DNA of 33,000 bases from Dicyema japonicum (taxonomy: Eukaryota > Animalia > Dicyemida): positions 1,965,105 through 1,998,104 of the forward strand of contig RDEW01000004.1 in assembly GCA_011109175.1 (NCBI GenBank). Direction: 5' to 3'. The notes under the pieces are model-generated. The model was not told the DNA's origin, searched no databases, and saw nothing but the letters and a program-made list of their open reading frames with translations. The translations under genes and the position numbers were made by a program. Within the stretch, counting starts at the first letter, position 1, and the number at the start of each line of letters is the position of its first letter. Shown in pieces: positions 12,200-21,553 of the stretch.

Positions 12200-12950
12200 C
12201 AACGTTTATTTATTTACTTCCGGTCCCTTCAAATAAAGAAAAGCGGTGGTTAAAAAGAAGGTAGTAGCTGGAAGTGGGCTTTCCCAGAGGTTACTCAATT
12301 GGTGGAGGGTGGAGGAGTGGAGAAGTCGAAAGTTGGATTTGGCAAAAGAAAAGACTACTTGTTTCATAATCGTCGAGGAGGCAGGAGAGATGGGATTGAA
12401 CTTCCCGAAGTAAGGTAATTTTGCTTTCATTAATATTTGGCGATAGACGCCAGAGAAGTTAGTCACGACCTTAGATGAGATTTGTGGCAATCCAGTCATG
12501 TATTGCCTTAAGCTGTAAAGAATTGATATCAGTAGATGGTAGAGCAGAGGATGGGACTTTATCTAATTGGTGGAAGATCTTTCTGATGTTAGGTGAGTTC
12601 CAAAGTTTGTTTGAAGGATGATAAGGCATATTGCACTTTTCGAGGAACTATAGGCCGAGCATGAAAAAGAGGTCTCGGATGAGAAGAATATGAATTTTCA
12701 GGTTAGTTGAGGAGACAAATTTCATCAAACAGGAAAAGCATAGTTATTGTTGAGAGAATGAACAGTCTGTAAATAAGTGGTGGACTCTCCTTGTTCCGAC
12801 CAAAAGAGGAGCCAGACACGTCCTGGAGCAAGCTGAGTTTCTTCTGTAATTTTTCTTGTATGTAAAGACATGTTTTACAAATAAAAGACACGTGTTAAAG
12901 TTAAAACGTACTAACAGAGAAAATTGAATTAGGGCTGTCAATACTGAAGA
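12200..12950 (-). mobile_element. I/Ingi/Nimb-like LINE 3' remnant (post-RT region and 3' terminus)
   Basis: YIQEKLQKKLSLLQDVSGSSFGRNKESPPLIYRLFILS matches the conserved post-RT segment (KRLxLLxxLSGxxWG...LxYKxFIxS). It ends in a (TAAA)n tail at ~12205. Confidence 0.6.
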
Positions 12951-13199
12951 AGATTATGGAGGATTTTTTCAGGTGAAAGTCTAAGGATATTTTGTTCTAC
13001 GGGAGGAAGCAATGTTAAAATATTATTGAATGACCCCAAAAGCGGTGACTACGTTACTGTGGTATGTGGCAATTACAATATCATTGGCATAAGAAAGAGT
13101 AGTGCAGTTGGATTTGTCGATAAGTTAAGACTTGAAAGAGGACTGAGCGTTGAGAAACACAATTGGCAGTTATCAATAACTGAGTAGGTTGACATGATA

Positions 13200-13266
13200 G
13201 GTAGTGGTGTGGAAACCGAACCCACAGCTAATTGCAACTCAGGTGACAGCACTAACTACTGTGCTG
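13200..13266 (-). other. tRNA-like sequence (tRNA pseudogene or SINE head)
   Basis: On the minus strand, D-arm GCAC-AGTAGTTA-GTGC (A-box-like) and T-arm GTGGG-TTCGGTT-TCCAC (B-box-like) lie at tRNA spacing. The acceptor and anticodon stems are poor. Confidence 0.45.
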
Positions 13267-13293
13267 AAATGAGAATCTCAAAGACTACTGTAG

Positions 13294-13361
13294 CACCAAA
13301 CTAACTATTCACGTGATCCCGACACGCTCCAGCAAAGACTTCAGCTTGGCTCGTTGCTCCT
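13294..13361 (-). repeat. Second copy of the LINE 3' end at 5015-5082
   Basis: CACCAAA.TAACTA.TCACG.GATCC.G.CA.GCTCCA..A.AGACTTCAGCTTGGC.CG.TG.TCCT is shared. Peptide EQRAKLKSLLERVGIT* versus EHRAKLKSLLEHARIP*. Confidence 0.75.
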
Positions 13362-14329
13362 TCCTATCCGTGAACCTTCAACTAAGAAGAAATAGTTTAT
13401 ATTTCTTCTTGGAATCTTTTATCTAATAATTTCGGTCATTTTTTAATTTTCATTCGCTCTGGAGTCGAAAAATTCAGAAATAAAGATCTAAAATTTTTCA
13501 CAAACTTCATTCGCAGACTTATTATAAAGTGATATGGCAAATGCAAATCTATTAAAATTATTTAAAAAAACCAGCCTACTATATAGGCCCATGACTGTTA
13601 AGATCCATTTGGTGAAGGGCAACTCGCCTAGAAATAGCATGTAATAAATACTTCATATTGGGTTTACAAGGACAAATTCCGGTACATGCGTACATACGAG
13701 AGATGGGAAAATTCACAGACAGTTTCGAATGGTTTTTCTGATAATGTCATTCTTAACAGTAAAATATCGCTGCCGACATTGATATTCGATTTTGTTGACT
13801 CCTCCATGTGAACACTCGTGTAGAGATTTTGCCATGATCTCTACCTAAAGACTTGATTTCACAACGATAAATGTTTTTAGTAGAAAAAGTATAAGTTGCC
13901 CCCCCCCATAATATTGAAAAATATTCTGGAAAAGTCATCGATTAGTCAAGGATTTCCCTCTTGCGTTCCTTCTAAATATCAAACGTTGTTAGCGAAATGC
14001 AGTTATTTGTGACTGACATAGCACATAACTCGCATGAATAGTTAACTGGGTACACATGAATAGTTAACCGCTTAATTTTCTATTACCTAAACCCATGCAT
14101 AGCCAGAACATGCACTTAATGAGGAATGAAGCCAAGACATCTAAAGTGTTCTTAACTATGCTATTTCGTTTTTCGTGGGAAGAGTATCTGAGACAATCCA
14201 GTTCGGCAGTGGTGAATCACTGATGACGTCATTACTCTCAATCTAAATTGGCTTGTATTGAAAAATACTGAACTGATTTACAACTATCAGTTCTTTTGTG
14301 GTCATAACGTTGTGTTCTTTCAATTGTAA

Positions 14330-14957
14330 ACCGACGAGATTCAAATAAGCGTCTTACAGCCATATTGCACTTAAATTGTTCAAAACTTGATGTTTCCAAT
14401 GTCTTTTGAGTCCATTAACTCGAACAAGCAAACGAGATGAAGGAAGAAAAAGACGTTCATCCATTTTGAAGCTAAATGGAGCTTCTTCACAACATTCAAA
14501 AAATTGGCCATTTGGCTAACTCTTCAACTTAAAAATTTTAATTTGTAGAAAGCGTGGCGGTTATTTGGGTGACCTGAGTGCTAAATTCCGTACTCGGAGC
14601 TGCATGGAAGAAACATAATGGAAAGACTGGTAGTGTGAGAAGAAACCTACCAGAACCTTACTTGCTTATTTCTCGGGTTGCACGTGCATTGCATCAAGAC
14701 ATATTAGTAGTCCGTCAATAATAATGACCTTATGAAAGCTATCAGAGATTTCGTGAAAAATAAATATGCTAAAATGGACTGATAAATGTCAATAACTTTC
14801 CTTGTAATTTTCATAATCAAAAAATCCAGAAAAGCGTAAAAAAGATAAAAATTATCACCAGCCGTCCCTAGCCGATCGTCCAAGTTATTGTTTTTATTGC
14901 AATAAGAGAAACCTTTGTCTGCCAAATGAGGAACATCATTACTATCAGCGGGGTTAA
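14330..14957 (+). mobile_element. Possible piggyBac remnant (C-terminal transposase and right end)
   Basis: KRGGYLGDLSAKFRTRS resembles the KGGVDxxD region, and YCFYCNK...FVC..EH resembles a Cys-rich C-terminus. It ends in GGG-TTAA at 14951-14957. Heavily decayed. Confidence 0.35.
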
Positions 14958-15017
14958 AGGAGTCTGGACTTTTTTAAAATTAAAAAAAAACAAAATTTTA
15001 AAATTAATATTTTATTC

Positions 15018-15092
15018 ATGGAGGGAGCAGATCTGTGCCAAGATTGCTTGGAGAAATGGAGGGAGCAGATCTGTGCCAAGATTGCTTGGAGA
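15018..15092. repeat. Perfect 37-bp tandem duplication, period 38
   Basis: ATGGAGGGAGCAGATCTGTGCCAAGATTGCTTGGAGA at 15018-15054 and 15056-15092. Confidence 0.95.
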
Positions 15093-16790
15093 CAGACTGA
15101 GCTGGAAGCACTGGACGGGCACATAAGTAGTGTGGCGAGAGGGGTTATAGGAAAAGCACCGGCTATAGTAAAGGGGCTAATTAGTAAACTCCGTGTTCCC
15201 AAATGGGACCTCAAAGAGTTGAGGAGGGCAAAGGTGGAGTCAGAGGGGGCAATGATGGTGTATAAGAGGAAACTCTATACACATGAAAGTCATGTAAGAG
15301 AAGGAGAGAAAATAATCTGTTTGACTTTAATCGCAAATTGTTTTACCGTCGCCTACACGAAAATAACCATAGTGCATGCTCCCAGCAGGACGCGGAAATG
15401 CTTTCCACATGGGGTAGTATGTGGGAGGCTAAACCACGCAGAGGAAATGCGTGGAATGTCCCGTACAGCGCCGCTTTTTTTTGGCGGAATCTTGGGCAAT
15501 TTTTGATTTTTCCAAGAAATTTGAGGCTGTAGTGAGACCTTAAATTTTTTAAGTTTATTTCCCTGATTCGGAAGACGACCGTGGTCGATAAAGTTTATAA
15601 TTTCTTTATCAAAGATGCACTTCATTGCATGAGTCTGTGTCGTGTATTACAGAAAAGCATCACTAACCTGGAAGCGATTCCTGATTGGGCCTGCACCGGG
15701 ACAAATCATTTGATTTCAAAGCTGGACAACCTCAGTCTGCTGCAGATTATCGACTGATAACCTGCATGCCAAACCTCTGCATGATGTTGGTGGCTAATAA
15801 GGTCAGGAGCTTTGTAGAAGCAAATTGAATTCTATCCGAGAATTAGTTGGGTACTGTGTGCGAAATTGTCAGGGGGCAAAAGAGCAGGCTTTGATCAACA
15901 AGTACTTTTCTGTGTCTTACGGAAACTCACTTTTGTCTATGTGGGTGGATGTGAAGAAGGCCTACGATTCAGTTGATCATTCTTACCTTGTCGAGTGCTT
16001 ACACAATCTGTGTATGCCTGTGTGGTTCATCAGCTTTGTAATAGGTGGAGTATTTATCTGAACTATAATAGGCGTTGAGCAAATACCATTTCATTGTGAG
16101 AAAGTTTGTTTCAGTACAAATCACCTTCTTTTTATCGATGACCTGAAAATGTATGCTAGAACAGCCGAGGGGCACTACTCCATAGGGGTCTGTGCCAGGG
16201 AATTCTTTGAGAGTATAGGACTAGATTTGAATTATTCAAATTCTGCGAGTAAGAGTCCTAGAGGAACACAAAGGATATAAGTATCTGGGTGTTACCGAAA
16301 CTCCAAAGTCCCTTATAATTCCTGAGACAAAGCGACAAATTTCTAAAGGCATTCGAAAAAGTTCAGCGTTATTATGTAAGATGTCTCTAAATGCAAAGAA
16401 TTTGTTCCTAGCATTAAATGAGTATGCTGTCTCGCTGCTAAACTACTACATAAGTGTTGTGGAGTTTGAGTCCAAAGAGCATGATGAGATGTATGTTATG
16501 ATCTGTGGAGTACTCAGAGAGAACATGTCCATGTGTTAAGGGCAAAAGGGAGAGACTATATTTACCCCGTGATAAATTTAGCCGTGGACTGTGTGGAGTA
16601 GTCCAACTAAGTGAGCGTATCCTAATCCGAATGCATGACACCCTGATAGCTAAGTCTAGTGTGTCTGCTATGAAACACGCCATAATAGCGACTGAGAAAA
16701 TCCGACTGAAAATCGCGAAAGATGAAAAACTGATAAATATTTCAGAAATAAAACTAAGAGTATCAATGATGAACTGTTTCTGCGTTTGTT
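15018..16790 (+). mobile_element. Degenerate R4/Dong-like (RLE-type) non-LTR retrotransposon RT region
   Basis: DYRLITCMPNL, GTVRNCQGAKEQALINK, WVDVKKAYDSVDH, NHLLFIDDLK, YKYLGV, LNAKNLFLALNEYAVSLLNYY and ERLYLPRD..RGL occur in collinear order, with stops and deletions. Confidence 0.8.
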
Positions 16791-17175
16791 AGAATCGTGT
16801 AAACTGCATAATCATTCCATTGAAATAGGCTCAATTTTATTATCCACAAGTCCAAATTCATAGTGTACACTAAAGAAAAAACTTTTCGCAATTATCACAA
16901 AATTTGTACATTAGGTCAAAATATTTTTAAACCCAATCAATTCTGACCTGTTTAAGTTTATTAAAGTGGTAGGAAGGTTTTTTCTAACCTCTCTTATGAG
17001 AGTTGGGTTTTCTCATCGTCTGAGAAAATACTAGATGGTTTCAACAATTTTTCATTCACGTAAAATACTCTATCGGTCTACGAAACCACTTAGTTTTATA
17101 AAACCTCTTATATTATAGTATCCACTGACCAATAAGATGTATTGTTAGGCTCCTCTCACATTTTTCTTAATATAA

Positions 17176-19933
17176 TGTCACAGCGCTACGCGTTACCCGA
17201 GTGGACTAAAATCAAAAATTTTTTCATTTATTTTATCAAATTTTTTTTTAATAAAGAAATTTTATTATCAAATGAATAAAAATTAAATTAAGGCATCTGA
17301 ATGGCCATGCTATTTCCCCTAACAATAGCCAACGAGATACGTTCTCGGAAACCAACCAGTCTCTCGCGGATCCTTGGTCACAGCTTGAATCATGGAGCCG
17401 ATCTTACGAACCAACTCATCTGCTTGGGGGCCAAGGATTCCTGACGTTTCCACCGCGAATGGAACAAAAGATACTCCTCCAAAATTCTCTGGTACTTCCT
17501 CCTCTTTCGTTCCTCGGCCTGCTTTGAAGCATGTCCTGGGTCTGAAGCAGAAGCAACCAAATTAGACGGGCAATAAGTATCAACACACGTCGTTTCGTCC
17601 GTTGGCGAATGGAAAAGTCATCATTCCATCAGGGCGTTTTCCATCGTTTCGGGAAAGACCAGTAGGTTCTAACAGGCAATGGTGTCCAGCAGAGGCAAGG
17701 GAATTCTTTAATGTCATGTTAAGACAGGAGTGCCTGGGGAAACGACCCGCACTCATCTTGCATGACAAGGGATGATAACCAAAAGGATCGATCCAACGTC
17801 CACAGCGGCATTTTCTTTCGGCACACAATTTAAGACCAAGACGAAGCGAGGTAGCTATTCTCACAGCCTCATCATCCAACAGGTTTCCAATTTCGGCAGA
17901 TGGATAAGCGTTCATCCAGGCCCCCGTCGAGTGACAACTGGCTGTTTTGAGGCAGGCAAGCCTTCTTACATCTTCCGTCTTTTCAAGGGACTCTTTCTTC
18001 TTTTCGAAGACACAAAACAAATAGGACTTTTGCTTATCACAATTGGCCGGAGCATTCAGGTACAAATTCATCCATTCATCCCAGGCTCCCGACGGCGTCA
18101 GCGGTACGTTTAGTCCGGAAGTAGAGTGAAGGACCGTATCCACTAAACGCCTTGACGAGCCGAACGAAGATAAATAGGCGCCCAAAGCAACGTCCGAAGG
18201 AAGAGAAAGACCCAAACCACCGCAGGCTACAGGGAGTGAGGCCTGTAACCATCCGAAATCATCAAAACGAACATTAAGAATGGACCCCATCGTCGACCGG
18301 ATATCCATATCAATTAACGATAGAAGGTCTTTTTCGGCGTAGCATGGGGATCCCCGTAGAATAAAAAGGAGTTTTGGGAGGAGACAATTCTTCAGCATAA
18401 AAAAGGCGACATGACGGTCCAAAAAACTCATCCTGTCGGCATATTGACGTAAATTAGTCCTCTTGCCTTCCAATAACTCTCTCACCCGGTTTACCAAAAT
18501 CCCACACCCAAGGAAGTCGAGAGAATCAATATGAGTCTCCCTAACCCCTGTGATGATATCGCAGAGTTTTCTATGTATGAATCGGAACTTAATTGCTTCG
18601 CACTTTTCATTGTTAAATTCCAGACCGATTTTTCCACACAAACGTCTGATCGATGCAACTTTGGAGAGAATATCATCGGGACTTCCACCGAGAATACAAT
18701 CGTCCAGATACCAGACGTTTAGTGGAGTGCAACGGTCCTGGGCAATATGGTCGATAGACAAGGAAAATAGAAGAGGACCGAGTGGGTCCCCCTGTTGAAC
18801 TCCGGATCCGGACGAAATAATTCCACTGCCAAAAACAAGAGGGGATGGATCCGAATACGCGAGATATACAAAGGGATAAATCTGAGGAATCCTCCTCCTA
18901 CAGGTATCAAGAACGGTGTCCCTTCTGACTGAATTGAAGGCATTCCGGAGGTCCAATTTGAATAAAACTCTGTCCTCAACATTCAATTCAGCTGATTGTG
19001 ACGCAAATTCTCTCACTGCGTGGATCCCAGCTTCACAGCCGCCATTGATTCCGACACCAAGCTGCGAAGGACAAAATTCGGCTGAAATTCTGAGATAACA
19101 AAACGACAAGCCATTTTTGCGGATAAACGTCGAAATACGTTTCAATTGCAATGGGGCGAATACCACCATCTTTCTTTCCAAGGCCCGTTAGATTCGCCGA
19201 AAAAGGAGATTCCGACCAAAATCGGAAACGTTTCCGGAAAGCATGCGAGCTACGAGATCCCGGGTTCGCTCCAAGAGTAGCGATCCAGGCCTGCCGACAG
19301 AATGGGACACCAAGTCTGACAGATGGCCAGGTTTGAGACCGTCAACTCCTCCACTGCTACTTCTTCGGAAAGAACAAAGAGCGTTGTAAATGGCTGAAGT
19401 GGAAATATCATGCATAGATTGTTCTGGACGAACAGGTTTACAAAAGTCTTCTGGTTCTGGAGGATGTTTCTGTCCCAATATACAGAGTGTCTCCTGAGTG
19501 GCTTTCACCGGGTCAGAATCCGTACAAACAGTTCGAACTGCAACAGTAAGATCGCCCTCCATCAATTTCCTCCTGACACGAGAGCGAAGCCTCTCAGGAG
19601 CCATACTGGATTGTTTGGAATTGGACTTTGGGAAGTAATCAACTGGGGAAACAAATAATTCTTCAGCCAGGGACTCCCATGAATCCATAAAGGCACTCAC
19701 GCGCTTCTTCAGGACATGGGATAGAGAGGGTTTCCGAGAAGATGGGGCAGGCTTACGCTCTAACCCCATAGCCAGGACAGGGAAAGAGAAAAGAGCCATC
19801 CAATCCTGTTTCGAGCCATTGGACACAGCTTTCTCAATGCAAGAAGAAAAAATATCAAATTAATATCATAATTTTTTTAATTTTAAATATAATAAATAAT
19901 TATAAATTCGAGCAATAGGTAACGCCTGTGACA
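17176..19933. mobile_element. ~140-bp MITE-like element with TGT...ACA inverted termini, split by the CRE insertion
   Basis: Left end TGTCACAG-CGCTAC-GCGTTACC (17176-17197). Right end reverse-complements to TGTCACAG-GCGTTACC (19918-19933). Removing the retrotransposon leaves ~139 bp with an AT-rich core. Flanks are TATAA and TATTA (possible 5-bp TSD with one mismatch). Confidence 0.55.
17241..19852 (-). mobile_element. 5'-truncated CRE-clade non-LTR retrotransposon (RT plus restriction-like endonuclease)
   Basis: SSGGVDGLKPGHL, KKDGGIRPIA, QLGVGINGGCEA, KLDLRNAFNSVRR, GVQQGDPLGPLLF, WYLDD, the CCHC motif CRCG...HPLSC, RHSCLN, RPDG, KRRKY and FVPFAVETSG..G, with the stop at 17288-17290. AATAAA and a poly(A) tail lie at 17241-17249. 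TSD TATCAAA(TT) at 17234-17240 and 19853-19859. Confidence 0.93.
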
Positions 19934-20639
19934 TATTATGAACTTTTTACATAAATTGAAAACAACAATATACAAATAATAATCAAACAAAACAAGAAAA
20001 TTATTTTTTGCTCATCGTTACCACATGGTAATTTTATTTGTATCAGCGAAGAATAATTTATTTATATCAGAAATGAATATGACATACAGAGTTGCCACTT
20101 TTTAAATTTGCCTATTCTAAAATCTGCCATTTTATCGTTATTTTCTATTTTCAATGATATTTACCAATTCTAAATTTGCCACTATTTAAAAAAATTATTT
20201 TCATTTTTTAATTAAAACGGATTAATCCAGGAGTTTCAAATAGGTCAAAATTCATTTTAACTCAATTAGGTCAAATTGTTAGTGGTTTCGTTCAGCCACA
20301 AGAGGAAACGGTTAAGTTGATGTTGCATTCTCTCTGTATTTGTCCCTTACCATGCCTAACATGTTTTTAGACAACATTAAAACTTTCGTCTTTCCTCAGA
20401 AAGGTCTCCATTTTTGTTAGTTATCACAGCCAACATTTTTATATAAAATTAAATTTTCGTTATTGAGTACTTTTCTCCACTGACTAGATCAATCCTCCAG
20501 GATTACATAATGATGTATGGTATTGAAGTTATTTTTGATATCGATATTAAGGATACATATATGATATTTTTGCTATGTTGTGAAAAAGTCCGCACAGTAT
20601 GAATTGCTGCTTTACAGAAATGGCTAGAAGTTGAAATTT

Positions 20640-20790
20640 TTACGGCAATTGATAAAGTTGAAAGTTTTTGAAAATATCATTGAAGGCCACGTCTTAAAGA
20701 CCATAACAGTAAGTGCTAAAGGGGTTACACACATATGCAAATACGTACCCCAAAAATGTCCGGGCAAGTGAGGTTAAATACTAATAATAC
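20640..20790 (+). mobile_element. Possible piggyBac transposase remnant
   Basis: AKGVTHICKYVPQKCPGK*G resembles the FKGRxxxxQYxPxKPxKxG motif. Confidence 0.35.
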
Positions 20791-21553
20791 GTTTCCTAAA
20801 GAAACTCAGAAAATTGCTTATTTTAGGCCCAAATTTTTAATTATAGTAATATGTGATTCGCTCAAATAACCAGCAGCGCTCAAGAGTTAAAATAAAATCG
20901 CCCTACTAATAACTTTTTTTGCTATTCTATCAAGCGTTTTAAAAGTTTTAAAGGTAATACGGATGAATCGAAAATAATATCTAGGACGGAGTACTAAATA
21001 GGATATCTGAGATAACACCTGTGAACGAAGGTAGTTTTTTGCTATTAATATTTTAATATATCTGGGATACAGAAACACAATTAAATTAATAATCCTGAAA
21101 ATTAGTAAATCGATTTTTGAAGTATATTATAGTTGATTGACTAAAAGTTTAAAAGTGATCAAGGTCTTTTGGGAACTGCATCAGCAAATGCTCAGATCGG
21201 TAGGACTCTCTTCTCCAGTGTAGGTGATCAACAAACACGGGTGCTCCAGTTAATCTCCAAAGACAGACTAAGTCTATTTTTAATTGTTTATTTATTTTCG
21301 CATGTAATAACAGCTGACGTGGGGCAAAAGAGTTAGTTTGGGAAGAGGCAATTCCTTTGAATTCCTTCTATTCCGTTTAAGCAGTCCTCTAAAAAATGAA
21401 CATTTCTGAATTTTTTATTGAAAAAAATTAAATTTAACAGAAAAACGGACAATAAAGGAAATTATCATACTTTTAATTTTACTTTGATCGGCAGTCAATA
21501 AAAGTATAAAAGGCAATTAATTTTTAAATCGGCGCTACTAGACACTGTCAACC

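Noticed and set aside
17190-17225. CRE target as a spliced-leader RNA gene (TTACCCGAGT resembles nematode SL1; an Sm-like AATTTTTGA lies nearby)
   Set aside because: The match is only about 10 nt, no GT donor follows, the Sm-like motif is on the opposite strand, and such motifs are expected in AT-rich DNA.
17772-19658. Plus-strand ORFs overlapping the CRE element, and most other short ORFs in the track
   Set aside because: These are antisense or off-frame shadows of TE and pseudogene sequence with no independent motifs.
17179-19930. Transib/RSS-like CACAG termini
   Set aside because: The inverted match extends outward to TGT/ACA, and no 5-bp TSD flanks the CAC boundary.
20087-20100. CAGAGTTGCCA as a DNA-transposon TIR
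   Set aside because: I found no partner TGGCAACTCTG or TSD in the window.
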